From a virus (taxonomy: Duplodnaviria; Caudoviricetes): DNA of 64,000 nucleotides. Location of the stretch: positions 32,303 to 96,302 of IMG/VR virus record IMGVR_UViG_3300017911_002158. The stretch is one strand, 5' to 3'. Positions 10,227 through 21,079 of the stretch are shown here, one piece after another. Within the stretch, counting starts at the first letter, position 1; every line of letters begins with the position of its first letter. A program made the translations under genes and the position numbers. The notes under the pieces are model-generated. The model worked only from the letters and a program-made list of their open reading frames with translations, was not told the DNA's origin and ran no database searches.

Positions 10227-12809
10227 TTAGCTAATAAAATAAAGAGTATTAGGGTCGTACCCTGGCCCACCGCTAGAAATAGCTAGGTTATCATAGCCAT
10301 TTTGGCTAATAGAGACAATATTAGTAATTCCGGTAGCTTCTGTCATTCCAGAAATATCTGTCTGAATACCACTAGCATCATCAGCCCAAGATAAGATACC
10401 AGATCCATTAGTTTTTAATACCTGATTAGCACTACCATCTGTAGTTGGAAACTTGTATGCGTTGTTGAATGTAATAGCACCACTATCATTACCATCAATC
10501 TTAAATTGTCCGTTATTGCCTTGAGGATTTGCACCGCTACCATCAGTATCAACAGCAACCGAAAACTGTGTCCTGTTGGCATTGTTGGTGTTGTCAAAAG
10601 CAAACGCACCACCTACAAGTAGTGATGTGCCATTATAGTATTCGTGGTTACTTCTAAATAGATAATCACCTGCTTGTACAGCAGCAGGCTCAGCAGCTGT
10701 ACCTCTATATCTTCTTGTTCTTATATCTGGAGCATCAGCACTATCATTGTACTGCTCCATACGAATCTGTGCTGTTTGAGCACCTTCGCCTCTCATATGT
10801 AATGTTACTTCAGGAGAGGTTTGGTTAATACCAACATAGTTGTTGTTTGGGTCAATGGTAAGTGTACCGTCACTTTCAATACTACTTCCATCCGAACCTA
10901 CAATTAGTAATTCGTTAGCAGTACCCAGTGTAATACCAGAAACCCCATCTAAGTGGTTAAGTTCTGTGGCTGTTGCTGTAACTGCTGTTCCACCATAGTA
11001 GAACTGACTAGCACTAAATGTTCCGTTAACGTCTAGTTTGTAGGCTGGTGAAGCCGTACCTATACCAACATTAGTTCCATCGTCATAAATAATACCACTA
11101 GTTAAACTATCACTATCTGCCCACTTGGAAACATAATTAGCTATGCCAGTACCGTCTATGCCTCCTCCGCCTGCTGCTGTAGCATCATCAGCCCAAGATA
11201 AGACACCACTTCCATTGGTTTTTAATATCTGATTAGCACTACCGTCTGTGGTTGGGAATGTGAATGCGCCGCCAATAGTAAATTCTTGACCTTTCTTGCT
11301 GAACACTTTGGTCATATCATTTGCAGTATATCCTGCATCAACACTGGATTGCTCACTGTCTTGAGCTGTGTTCACAGTAACATTGTCTTTTTGTGAACTG
11401 GTTCTTGGAATAACTTCCATATCAACTGTAACAGTTCCGTAAATTGTGGCTAATGTTTTGAATGCAAAAATAAATCCTGCTGTGGTTGTTTCTTTGGTCC
11501 ACAGTTGAGGATCTATGTATCTACTACCGTTGTATTCTTCATCATAGGTTATAGTCCAGTTAAGGTCTGGTAATATGGTACTTCTCAATGCGGCATTAAA
11601 ATAAACTGTATGAGTTTCACTAGCATTTTGAGCCGTCATACGACCAACCACTTGATAGTTTTGGCTGTTGGCGTCTGGTATAATTGTTACTACTTTTTGA
11701 TATTCACCGTTACTAAAGTAAGTACCAATTGAACCACCAGTGTATATCTGGTTAAACTTCATTATGTTTGAATTTTGGAACTCAACAGTATTGTATGTTG
11801 CTGTTCCTATGATGCTTAAATCTGTAAATGTACTTGAGAATGTTAAGTCACCACTTCCATCAGTTTGTAAAAACTGTCCAGCAGTGCCGTCTGAGGTTGG
11901 AAAGGTAAATGCTCCGTTTACTTGTAATGTTGTAAAGTTGCCGCTGCTACTGGGAACCCAATAATTTGTAGCACTATTATATTGTAAAAACTGACCGTCC
12001 AGTGCTCCTGTAACAGAAACATCGTGATTATCGTTTAAATGTCCATAACTACTAGGACGTACAAACATTTGACCGTTACCATTTCCATTGCCAGGATCCA
12101 AAACTATAGCAACAGAAATACTGTGTTTAGGTTCTATTTTTGTTAACTTACCAGATGCCGTAGGGTGAACATAAAGGATATCTCCAGCGTTCCAGATCTC
12201 ATCTCCAACAGCATAATTAGAAGAAGATCCATCTAGATCCATATCATGTAAATGTCCAAAATCAATAACATAGCCATTATTGTTGTGATTAACATTCTCC
12301 AATATCACACCCATAAATCGAATTTCACGAATACTACCATCTGCCACATATTTATCTGGGGTTATCAATCCATTAGAGTGAACACCTGTAGCATATACTA
12401 CTTGGCCTTTGTAAAGAGTATTCCCTGTTTTGTTTCTCACTCTAAAATATCTATGTTCACCAATGTGAATAGTACTATTATCAGTTAAGCCAATATCCAT
12501 TGTTCCTTCAGTATCGTCCCAACTAATTTGTCCTTGACTAAGCACAGACTCATTATCAATATTAAATGAAATAGTGTCAAAATATCCGCTAGTTGCTGTA
12601 ATATCACCACTAATAGAAATATCTCCACTGCCACCAATATTATTAGAATTTAAATCTAGATTACCACCAAGTTGTGGATTGGGGTCTTCTATTAAGCCAG
12701 TAATATATCCAGAACCACCATGATTACCCCAATCGTATGCTTGCTTCCATTGTTTAGAATTTCCATCAGATGATGTTTGTAAGCTTTGTTCAAAAAAACG
12801 ATATGACAT
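10227..12809 (-). CDS. Fibre/appendage protein (860 aa)
   Basis: Three FPTxDGxAxQxLxTxGSGxLxW/F repeats, VGIGTASP and PQLGGNLDLN fibre motifs. Confidence 0.75.
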   Translation of the reverse strand: MSYRFFEQSLQTSSDGNSKQWKQAYDWGNHGGSGYITGLIEDPNPQLGGNLDLNSNNIGGSGDISISGDITATSGYFDTISFNIDNESVLSQGQISWDDTEGTMDIGLTDNSTIHIGEHRYFRVRNKTGNTLYKGQVVYATGVHSNGLITPDKYVADGSIREIRFMGVILENVNHNNNGYVIDFGHLHDMDLDGSSSNYAVGDEIWNAGDILYVHPTASGKLTKIEPKHSISVAIVLDPGNGNGNGQMFVRPSSYGHLNDNHDVSVTGALDGQFLQYNSATNYWVPSSSGNFTTLQVNGAFTFPTSDGTAGQFLQTDGSGDLTFSSTFTDLSIIGTATYNTVEFQNSNIMKFNQIYTGGSIGTYFSNGEYQKVVTIIPDANSQNYQVVGRMTAQNASETHTVYFNAALRSTILPDLNWTITYDEEYNGSRYIDPQLWTKETTTAGFIFAFKTLATIYGTVTVDMEVIPRTSSQKDNVTVNTAQDSEQSSVDAGYTANDMTKVFSKKGQEFTIGGAFTFPTTDGSANQILKTNGSGVLSWADDATAAGGGGIDGTGIANYVSKWADSDSLTSGIIYDDGTNVGIGTASPAYKLDVNGTFSASQFYYGGTAVTATATELNHLDGVSGITLGTANELLIVGSDGSSIESDGTLTIDPNNNYVGINQTSPEVTLHMRGEGAQTAQIRMEQYNDSADAPDIRTRRYRGTAAEPAAVQAGDYLFRSNHEYYNGTSLLVGGAFAFDNTNNANRTQFSVAVDTDGSGANPQGNNGQFKIDGNDSGAITFNNAYKFPTTDGSANQVLKTNGSGILSWADDASGIQTDISGMTEATGITNIVSISQNGYDNLAISSGGPGYDPNTLYFIS

Positions 12810-12811
12810 TA

Positions 12812-13126
12812 TTATGCTCCTGAAATGATATTATTTTCAGCGCCCAATTGCATTACATATCCAATCAGTGCGGTCATGGCTGTTTGTAAATTAGTGTCTG
12901 TGTCGGACTTTTCCAACATATTCTCAACCCTGACCCACTGGCCATTTCCGGGTTCTAGTTCTGCTACGCCATCAAACATACCGTATTTGTGTAGTTTGAC
13001 TTCGCCCGTAACGTCGCCGTTAGGATCAGGAGCGCGAATAACGATCTCTTCAATCCAAACTCTGTCATAAGTTTTAGCAGGAATGACCGCTGGATCAACT
13101 GCATTTAAAATTGGTAAATCTGCCAT
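12812..13126 (-). CDS. Hypothetical protein in fibre cluster
   Basis: 104 aa with strong RBS. Confidence 0.6.
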   Translation of the reverse strand: MADLPILNAVDPAVIPAKTYDRVWIEEIVIRAPDPNGDVTGEVKLHKYGMFDGVAELEPGNGQWVRVENMLEKSDTDTNLQTAMTALIGYVMQLGAENNIISGA

Positions 13127-13148
13127 ATTATTCTCCTTATTTAGAAAT

Positions 13149-14081
13149 TTAGAATTTGTTTTTATATCTAACTATTACTATACCGCTACCACCAGCAGAA
13201 GCAGCATGAACACCACCTCCACCACCACCGCCAGTATTTGCTGCGCCAGCAGTAGAGGATGAAGTAGAAACATGATTCTCGCCATCTCCACCACCACCCA
13301 AGCCTCCAGAGCCAGATCCAGCAGTCAGATAAGATTCTCCATCAACTTTACCGCTAGCACCACCACCACCCCCAGCATAATAAGTAGCTGTGCCATTTAT
13401 TGAAATTTGAGAACCATCTCCACCATTTGGTGGTGTTGTTGTCGATGTGCCAGCCGTACCAGCCGTACCAGCACCACCACCTCCTCCTGTATTCCTTGGA
13501 TTATCTCCAGAGTTACCTGAATTAGCACCATTGTTTCCTTGTCCTGATGTGCCAGCCCCTCCATAAGTATTAGGCCAAGGACCAGCATTGAAACTAGCTC
13601 CACCACCACTACCTCCAGAACTGCCGTTGTCTCCTCCTCCAGCTCCACCAGCACCTCCACCAATTGCTACAAAGACACTGCCAATAGAAGAATTTGAACC
13701 ATTAGTATTTACTGCTCCTCCAGCGCCTATAGTTACACTATAAGTTCCTACTCCAAGACTTGTAGTGTTTTGATTATATATCAGACCACCGCCTCCACCG
13801 CCCCCGCCACGACCACTACCTCCACCGCCTCCACCAGCAACAACTAAAATGTCTAATCCATCAGCGCCTAATGTTTCGATAGTAAGTGTTCCATTTGTTG
13901 TAAAAGTATGAACTGTATAATCTCCATCATAAGTTACAGTCCCGCCAGTAGCCGATGTAACTTGTGGCCATTTATCTTCTTGAAGGTATTTACGAACTTC
14001 TTCTAAAGCGAACATTCCGCTAGCACTAGTTTTGCTAGGCGTAAGATAAGCCCCGATAGTTCTATTAACTCTTCTTAACAT
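13149..14081 (-). CDS. Glycine-rich virion protein
   Basis: VVAGGGGGG, YYAGGGGG, GGSGIVIVRY glycine-rich domain. Confidence 0.75.
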   Translation of the reverse strand: MLRRVNRTIGAYLTPSKTSASGMFALEEVRKYLQEDKWPQVTSATGGTVTYDGDYTVHTFTTNGTLTIETLGADGLDILVVAGGGGGGSGRGGGGGGGGLIYNQNTTSLGVGTYSVTIGAGGAVNTNGSNSSIGSVFVAIGGGAGGAGGGDNGSSGGSGGGASFNAGPWPNTYGGAGTSGQGNNGANSGNSGDNPRNTGGGGGAGTAGTAGTSTTTPPNGGDGSQISINGTATYYAGGGGGASGKVDGESYLTAGSGSGGLGGGGDGENHVSTSSSTAGAANTGGGGGGGVHAASAGGSGIVIVRYKNKF

Positions 14082-15268
14082 TAAGGCAATCCTATTTTTT
14101 GTTTTAAGTAATCTGCTACCTGATTAACTTCAGTAGATGAAAGACCTCTATTGTAGACCAGAAAAGAATTAATTTGACCATACCACGCAGAATATGCGCC
14201 ACCATATTGATTACTCGATCCAAGATCTATTGCGGTAGTGGTAAGATTTAAATCCGAAGCAGTAGCTGTATCTATAGCTACCTGCGTTCCATCTTTATAA
14301 ATTCTTCTTGTGCTGCCGCCTGTATCTCTTTGAAAAGTCCATACATGAAATTCAAGATTATCGGCTGTTGATGGAGTATATGTCATTCTATAATCACCGG
14401 ATAAACCATAACCTTGATCAAAGTATATAACTCCATCAGTCCAGGGATGGTGCGCTGTAATACCTCTATTGTACGTTGCGTTGCTACTATAAAATTTAAA
14501 AGATTGACTCTGGGTATACGTTATTACACAAGAAACTAAAAAAATAGTATATCCACTTGTGTTATTGATTCCAACACTATTAGAAGCTGGCCCAGTACAT
14601 CTTCTGCCATTACACCAAAAACTTGGCACTTCTGGTCCTGTAGAACCATAAGCACCATACCCCCAGAGATTATGGACGGGACCATATGTTCCATTTGCCC
14701 AAGTAAAATCATTATCGTTTCCACTAATGTCATACCAATCATTACCGCTACCAGAATAAGAATTTGTATCTCCAGCATCTAAATGTATTTGAAGGCCGTC
14801 TGTAATTAAGGATTTGATCCACTGTTCTTGTTGAGGTACACTCCCCATCTGATAAACACCGCCCTTTGGGAGAAGGATAGACGAGGAACTAGAAGCTGTA
14901 TAATTTCTAATATAAATATTTCCTATCCAACTATAACTACAAGCACCTACTGTTTCCCAAGCTGTTCCATTCCATCTAGTATGGTAATTATCGCCACAGC
15001 TTGTATAATTACTTCTGCCGTCGCCCTGTACCGTTCCCCAGCTATAAATTTTCCCCCTATTATTTTCCCACTCTAAATCTGCAATTTTCTCAAGAGTAGC
15101 GGTATCCCACGCCAAACTCATTGGATTATGTCTTAGCCCTGCATATCTTATTCCTATCTCATGAGGATTGGTATTGCTATATGTACTGCTATAAGAATAG
15201 TAGTCAAAATCTAGAGTAGAATCAGGTCTTAATCCTATTGTATTTGCTGGCTTCCAAACAACACTCAT
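14081..15268 (-). CDS. LamG/concanavalin A-like lectin domain virion protein
   Basis: GLQIHLDAGD..SYSGSG..WYDISGN, IYKDG, VYNRGLS. Confidence 0.7.
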   Translation of the reverse strand: MSVVWKPANTIGLRPDSTLDFDYYSYSSTYSNTNPHEIGIRYAGLRHNPMSLAWDTATLEKIADLEWENNRGKIYSWGTVQGDGRSNYTSCGDNYHTRWNGTAWETVGACSYSWIGNIYIRNYTASSSSSILLPKGGVYQMGSVPQQEQWIKSLITDGLQIHLDAGDTNSYSGSGNDWYDISGNDNDFTWANGTYGPVHNLWGYGAYGSTGPEVPSFWCNGRRCTGPASNSVGINNTSGYTIFLVSCVITYTQSQSFKFYSSNATYNRGITAHHPWTDGVIYFDQGYGLSGDYRMTYTPSTADNLEFHVWTFQRDTGGSTRRIYKDGTQVAIDTATASDLNLTTTAIDLGSSNQYGGAYSAWYGQINSFLVYNRGLSSTEVNQVADYLKQKIGLP

Positions 15269-15639
15269 TAGGTAGTTTCCTCGTATGAACACACAACACT
15301 AATATCTCCACTAGCACTAGCTTGAACAGTCAGTCTCCTATCTTCTTCTAGCCATATATAAGAATCTGCGGCTAATAATACTACAGTGGCGTCAGCTGGT
15401 ACACTAATAGTATTTGCAATTGCATAGCCACTACCAGTAGTAGCTGAATCATACCATTTAAGACTAATATCAGCAGCAGTAGAACCATCGATATTTGCAG
15501 CATATAATGACTGCACTCGTATTGTTTTATTAGAACTAGCGGCATTAACAAGAATGTTTGTTTCACTTGTAGAATTCAAAATCAATCCTGTGGTTTTGGG
15601 ATATATAGATGATGGGGAAAGCATATTGGGGGCAGCCAT
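15268..15639 (-). CDS. Small beta-sandwich virion protein
   Basis: 123 aa, ISVPADAT motif, lies in fibre cluster. Confidence 0.55.
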   Translation of the reverse strand: MAAPNMLSPSSIYPKTTGLILNSTSETNILVNAASSNKTIRVQSLYAANIDGSTAADISLKWYDSATTGSGYAIANTISVPADATVVLLAADSYIWLEEDRRLTVQASASGDISVVCSYEETT

Positions 15640-15640
15640 T

Positions 15641-16252
15641 TTATTCTCCTATATTAATAATATCTAATTCTTGTTCGTTTGTTGCGTTTAATATTTGTTT
15701 TTTGAGAGAGGCATACTGATCGCTTAAACCTGATCTAAATTGACCATATCCAAGCATTAATTGTGTCATAGTAGCAAGGTCTAAAGTGTGAGCGTTTTGG
15801 TCTGTGTCTATAACATCAATAGTCTCAGTAAGACCAAGGGCCACACCTTCTTTTAGTAATACGAAAGCTCCCGTTAGCAAGGAAACATCATCAACAGATG
15901 CTGCCAAATACCATCCCTCTGGGGTTTGCCAGCCAGTTTGGAAAAGGTCGTTATAATAGCTGTCTAGCTGTAATAGTTTGGCTGATTGTAATTCTTCAAA
16001 TGTAACTACAGGAAGCATAGACTCTAACAAGGCTTTCTTTTGGTCGATATCTTCTTGAGTAATTTCTGTAATCTCATAACCAGCTAATAATAAAATTTCA
16101 GGATCGTTTGCCCATTGTTCTGGATCTGTTCTGGTTGAACCATCAGGAAGTCTAACTCGATATGGCAAGGTATTTACTATCTTTCCGGTGCTAATCACCC
16201 TGTAGTATGGTGGACTACCGAAAAATGTAAGTATATCATTTTGATCTGGCAT
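15641..16252 (-). CDS. Putative fibre assembly protein (DUF4376-like C-terminus)
   Basis: Ends LKKQILNATNEQELDII; directly downstream of the long fibre gene. Confidence 0.5.
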   Translation of the reverse strand: MPDQNDILTFFGSPPYYRVISTGKIVNTLPYRVRLPDGSTRTDPEQWANDPEILLLAGYEITEITQEDIDQKKALLESMLPVVTFEELQSAKLLQLDSYYNDLFQTGWQTPEGWYLAASVDDVSLLTGAFVLLKEGVALGLTETIDVIDTDQNAHTLDLATMTQLMLGYGQFRSGLSDQYASLKKQILNATNEQELDIINIGE

Positions 16253-16261
16253 ATTTTTTCC

Positions 16262-19200
16262 CTATCTAAATATTAGACTATAAATATAATTCGAAGAACT
16301 TGCAGCGCCTTGTTGGTCTTGCCAAGTTAAAGCTCCGCTACCATTAGTTACTAGTACTTGATCAGCAGAACCATCTGTTGTGGGGAAAGTAAAATTTCCA
16401 TTTATATTGAGTTGATCTATCTTTGCGTTTCCATCAACTGTAAGTCTGTAACCAAGACTTGGAAGACCAGTACCAATAATGGTCGTTCCGTCCAGATGTG
16501 TTTCGCCATTAACATGAAAATCTCTGTCTGGAGAAGAAGTTTTGATTCCAACTCTATTAGCACTAGCATCTGTAAATAGTAAATATTCGTCAGTATTGCT
16601 CTCTACTCTAAAATCAACATTTCTTTGTTGCTGATTAACGACTATTTCTTTGCCAGCAACAGCATCTAATTCAATAGCGGCGTTTTCTGTGTAACCAGAG
16701 CTGCCATATACTAAAATTTGATTAGAGCCATAATTACCACCGCCCCTTATATAGACTCTACCCGTTGTGCCTTTGGCACTCATTAGGGTGTTTGTACCTT
16801 CGCTAATCATCATATAATCAGATGAGCCTGTCATACCGACGTGTGTTATTCCTTGATATACATCGCTTGTTGAGTATGCCATATCCCCAAATAATAGACC
16901 ATCATTGCTATCGCTATCCTTAATCAGCGCCATACCACCGCCAGTCGGATAACGAATGTCTAGTTTTTCTGATGGCGAAGCCGTCCCTATACCAACCTTA
17001 TCGTTATTGGCATCAACATACAGTAAGTTATCGTCGTTTTCGCCCTTAACTTGAAAGTCAATATCATTTCCATCTTCATTAAATACATTTACAGAATTGC
17101 CAAAAATAGAAACATTAGATCCATCGGTAGATGTAAATGTTGTGGAATAATTTAAAACATTGGATGTCTCAAGTAGTTGCATACGGATGTTGCCGTCTAC
17201 GCCAAACTGCATATATGAAGCTGTAATAGAGTCTGTTGGATCTACTTCGATAACTCCAGCAGTATTAAACGATCCAAGCTTAAGTTCATTGCTGCTAGAT
17301 GTGTCTCGCAAAATTAATTGGTAGCCCTCGTCTGTAATAGAGACAGAGCCACCAGACACAGAAAAATCTCCAACAACATGCAACTTGGTTGCTGGCGAAG
17401 CCGTACCTATACCAACGTCGCCGCTTGTTGTTAAATACATATAGCCAATATTGTTAGCTCTAAATTCTAAATTATGATTGCTTTCTGTTCCTAAGATACC
17501 AATGTTTCCAACGCTATAGGCTTGTTGTTTAACAACTACAGAACTGTCTACAGACTGTATTTTTACACCAGCGGCTTTAGCTTGTATAGTACCACGAACA
17601 TCTAGTGTGGTTTCTGGCGAAGCAGTCAATATGCCAACCCTGTCTTGGTAATCCACCCGCATTACTTCAGAGTCATCAACATTAAAAGTAATGGCAGATC
17701 CACCAGCGCCAGAAAATATATCTGCATTCAGCTCTAGTATCCCATTATTTTTTGCTGTAATGTACGATTCGTTAGTGTCTTGCCCCATAAACATTACAGC
17801 GGGATCAACACCAACACCCCTAATAAATAATCCATCTTCATCGAGATCAGAGTTTGATGTTTTAACATATAGTTTATAAGTTGGATCACTTTGTCCTATG
17901 CCAACAGTTTTCTTGTTTGCGTCTGTTTGGAATAGATGTGTTTCTCCGTCTCCCTCTACCCTAAAGTCATAGTTTCCACCTAAATCATTAAATACTACAT
18001 TACCGTTCTCAACGTTCAGTTTTTCAGATGGTGTGGCCGTCCCTATACCAACCCTACTATTAGATATATCTACATGAATAGTACCATCTGCAACTGCTTG
18101 ATTACTTGAATTACCTACAAACAATCTGCCCTCATTTAAGTTAGGGGTAGCGTTGGTACGACCAGCGCCCATGACTTTTATAGAGCCAGCAGAATTGTCT
18201 CTTCTTGTTACTTTAGCGATTTTTTGTATTTGCGAAGACTCGCCAGTAGGAGCAGTTTTAGTTAGTACGCCAGCAGTATTACTAACATAAAGTTCGTCTC
18301 CCTCATCCCAATCTGGAGTATCTGTATCTATGTTGTAAAGCGAACCAAAAGTAATAATATTTACATTTGCGTTATTGTTTACAGTTTCAGCGGCTATGCC
18401 AAAAGCTGGCATTTTAGAAGAATCATTAGCGTCTGCTTTAGAAACAACAGTTTTATTGCCTGATATGCCAGATATATAAACTACGTCGCCCTTAGTTAAT
18501 GCTTCACCAGCTTGGGCTGTAAAGTATATAGCGCCTCTTAAATTACCAATAAATTGGTTGGCTTCAACATCTCCATCTATTGTAATGTTACCAGTACCAA
18601 CTATGTCATAACCGTTAAGGTCTAAGTTGCCATCTAGCTGGCCGGATAATGAAAAATTACCAGAAGTAATATATCCTGCGTCATTATTTAGAAAACTTAC
18701 ATTATCTCCACTGTGAATAATATTATCTAAAATACCAGTAATACTACCGCTATTTCTAGACAAAATCAAAGAGTGAGTGCTGGAATTGTAAGTTATACCT
18801 GTAACAAAAACATTTGTATCCACAACGGTTTCTGTGGAAGTAGTTATTCCTGTGATATGACCATAAGGATCAACAAAAATGTCTTGAACATAGGTTCTAC
18901 CGCTTTCATTTATTCCTGTACCGTTCACAGGGATGTGATAATTTGTACCACTAACTAACACACCTTCTAAATGCCCGGTAATGGTAATACTATCATTTCT
19001 TTGCAATATTAAATTATTATTACCACTATCAAATGTCAATCCTGTAATAAAAGTATTTAACCCCGTCTCAGTATAGCCTGTTATGTATCCAGCATCATTA
19101 TTTAGAACACTGATATTGTCCCCAGATACTAAATACCCACTTGTAGAATGGTCACCCCAGCCATAAGAGTCATTCCAATTGGCTATATCTCCAGTAGATA

Positions 19201-20560
19201 TTGTATATGCTGGAGAGCCTGTGAAAATAGGATCTGTTTCTGTGAATCCTGTTATATAACCAATATCATTATATAAATGACTTACATTATCTCCGCTAAT
19301 AATAACTCCACTTAAAACACCAGTGACTGTTGAGCTATCATTATTTTGTAATACTAATTCATTATTACCGCTATTAAAAACTATATTAGTAGCATAAGTA
19401 TCTGTATTTATGCCAGTTCCAGAAGCTAGTGCTGTTGACACTCCTGTAACGTGTCCATATGTATCAAAAAGTAAGTTTTGAATAAAAAAAGATCCACTAT
19501 TTGATGTGTCTGAAGCTGCAGAAACACCTATATGAGATCCGCTAAGAGCATATAATCCACTATTATTTAAAAACCCTATATAATCACCACTATGTAAAAC
19601 AACGCCAATATCTCCGGTTAGAGATGCTCCATCATTTCTGCTTAGAACAATTTCTCTTTGTTGGGTAGAATAAATTATTCCTGTTATAAAGGTATTTGTA
19701 TCCTCTGGAATATTGTCTATTTGATCTTGTAGATATCCGGAAACAGAATTTAATTCGCCAGTTGTAGCATATTCAGATAAATCGCCTGTATGAACAACAC
19801 CATTCAATATGCCTGTAACGCTACCAGACTGATGAGTAAGAACTAATTCACTAATAGAAGAATTATATGTTATTCCAGTTATATAAATATCAGAACCAGA
19901 AACTATGCCAGTACCACTAGCTGTAGCAACAACAATTCCGGTAATATGGCCATAATTATCTAATAAAATATCTTGAATAAAATTTTGACCAGAATTATCT
20001 GAGCTAGAAGCAGCATTAATGCTCGGATGATAATCTGTTCCAGATATCAAAACCCCAGAAATAAATTCTAATGCAGAAGCTGACGAATTCACAGCAACTA
20101 CTTTAGAATTATTGCCACTAAAGGTTGATGGAGTATCTGTGAGATCTAAAAACGTTGACGCTCCTCCGCCTATGCCTGTACCAGTTGCATATGCAGAATT
20201 TATACCAGTGATATGTCCATATTGATCTAGAAAAATATCTTGAATAAATAGATTCCCATCATTGTCTACAGAAGATGCTGCAGAAATAGTTGGATGATCT
20301 ATGATGAAGTCTGTGGTAATGACTAGATTTATATCGTTAACTTTTTCTATAGTTATAGAATTAGTACTTGAAGCACTGTCTACAGATGTAGTTATTTCGA
20401 TAATATTTTTTGTGGTTTCTGCTGTTCCTGCTATCCCTTGTTCTATTTCCAAAAAAAATTTATCTTGCGAAGAGCTACTAGTAAAACTATCAGCAGTACT
20501 AGTATTTACATCAATAATATATTTTTCAGCTTCAGAAACCTCTATTGTAAAGGTAGCCAT
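16262..20560 (-). CDS. Long fibre/appendage protein (1432 aa)
   Basis: Four F/YxQxxxxDxYGHI/VTG repeats, multiple VGIGTAxP repeats, C-terminal FTFPTTDGS repeat. Confidence 0.78.
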   Translation of the reverse strand: MATFTIEVSEAEKYIIDVNTSTADSFTSSSSQDKFFLEIEQGIAGTAETTKNIIEITTSVDSASSTNSITIEKVNDINLVITTDFIIDHPTISAASSVDNDGNLFIQDIFLDQYGHITGINSAYATGTGIGGGASTFLDLTDTPSTFSGNNSKVVAVNSSASALEFISGVLISGTDYHPSINAASSSDNSGQNFIQDILLDNYGHITGIVVATASGTGIVSGSDIYITGITYNSSISELVLTHQSGSVTGILNGVVHTGDLSEYATTGELNSVSGYLQDQIDNIPEDTNTFITGIIYSTQQREIVLSRNDGASLTGDIGVVLHSGDYIGFLNNSGLYALSGSHIGVSAASDTSNSGSFFIQNLLFDTYGHVTGVSTALASGTGINTDTYATNIVFNSGNNELVLQNNDSSTVTGVLSGVIISGDNVSHLYNDIGYITGFTETDPIFTGSPAYTISTGDIANWNDSYGWGDHSTSGYLVSGDNISVLNNDAGYITGYTETGLNTFITGLTFDSGNNNLILQRNDSITITGHLEGVLVSGTNYHIPVNGTGINESGRTYVQDIFVDPYGHITGITTSTETVVDTNVFVTGITYNSSTHSLILSRNSGSITGILDNIIHSGDNVSFLNNDAGYITSGNFSLSGQLDGNLDLNGYDIVGTGNITIDGDVEANQFIGNLRGAIYFTAQAGEALTKGDVVYISGISGNKTVVSKADANDSSKMPAFGIAAETVNNNANVNIITFGSLYNIDTDTPDWDEGDELYVSNTAGVLTKTAPTGESSQIQKIAKVTRRDNSAGSIKVMGAGRTNATPNLNEGRLFVGNSSNQAVADGTIHVDISNSRVGIGTATPSEKLNVENGNVVFNDLGGNYDFRVEGDGETHLFQTDANKKTVGIGQSDPTYKLYVKTSNSDLDEDGLFIRGVGVDPAVMFMGQDTNESYITAKNNGILELNADIFSGAGGSAITFNVDDSEVMRVDYQDRVGILTASPETTLDVRGTIQAKAAGVKIQSVDSSVVVKQQAYSVGNIGILGTESNHNLEFRANNIGYMYLTTSGDVGIGTASPATKLHVVGDFSVSGGSVSITDEGYQLILRDTSSSNELKLGSFNTAGVIEVDPTDSITASYMQFGVDGNIRMQLLETSNVLNYSTTFTSTDGSNVSIFGNSVNVFNEDGNDIDFQVKGENDDNLLYVDANNDKVGIGTASPSEKLDIRYPTGGGMALIKDSDSNDGLLFGDMAYSTSDVYQGITHVGMTGSSDYMMISEGTNTLMSAKGTTGRVYIRGGGNYGSNQILVYGSSGYTENAAIELDAVAGKEIVVNQQQRNVDFRVESNTDEYLLFTDASANRVGIKTSSPDRDFHVNGETHLDGTTIIGTGLPSLGYRLTVDGNAKIDQLNINGNFTFPTTDGSADQVLVTNGSGALTWQDQQGAASSSNYIYSLIFR

Positions 20561-20561
20561 A

Positions 20562-20969
20562 TTAAGTAGTACATTCTAGTAACGTATTAGATTTACTATA
20601 TCGTTTAATAATATCAATAGTGCCGTATAAAATTCTAATTATATATTTACCACCATCCGTATAATGATCATCGTCTGATTGAAGCTCAAAATCATACTTA
20701 GCGGTAGAAAAATCGTAACTATTTGTTACATCTGCTGGTAATTCAAATTTCACTGTACCAGAATCATCATTTACTATAGTAAAGTTATACAGAGATGGAT
20801 CTGTATTTTCTGTGGTAAAAGTTGTGGTTGTTCCGAGATTGGTGGTCCAAATAATTCTGGCACACCAACCACGAATATCTACAGGATTATTATTGGCGTC
20901 TTTATAAATAACTGTCATCCTGAAAGAAGAGCCTTGTTCTATACTAAAATCATATTGACTAGCTGCCAT
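20562..20969 (-). CDS. BppU-like beta-sandwich virion protein
   Basis: RBS GGAGG before MAASQYDFSIEQGSSF; YDFEL...RILYG. Confidence 0.55.
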   Translation of the reverse strand: MAASQYDFSIEQGSSFRMTVIYKDANNNPVDIRGWCARIIWTTNLGTTTTFTTENTDPSLYNFTIVNDDSGTVKFELPADVTNSYDFSTAKYDFELQSDDDHYTDGGKYIIRILYGTIDIIKRYSKSNTLLECTT

Positions 20970-21022
20970 TATTTGCCTCCTGTGGGGTCTGGCCAGATTA
21001 TATAATAGTATACACAATCCCA

Positions 21023-21054
21023 TAAAAAAAGGGCTAGCAAGTGCCAGCCCTTTT
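21023..21054 (-). terminator. Intrinsic terminator after major capsid gene
   Basis: AAAGGGCT...AGCCCTTT hairpin plus T7 on the minus strand. Confidence 0.75.
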
Positions 21055-21079
21055 CTACTAGGAAGTAGTTCTCAGACAA

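Noticed and set aside
10375-11258. Near-identical ~75 bp repeats in a fibre gene as a DGR template/variable pair
   Set aside because: Both copies are in frame in one gene, differences are mostly synonymous and not adenine-specific on the coding strand, and no reverse transcriptase is visible in the window
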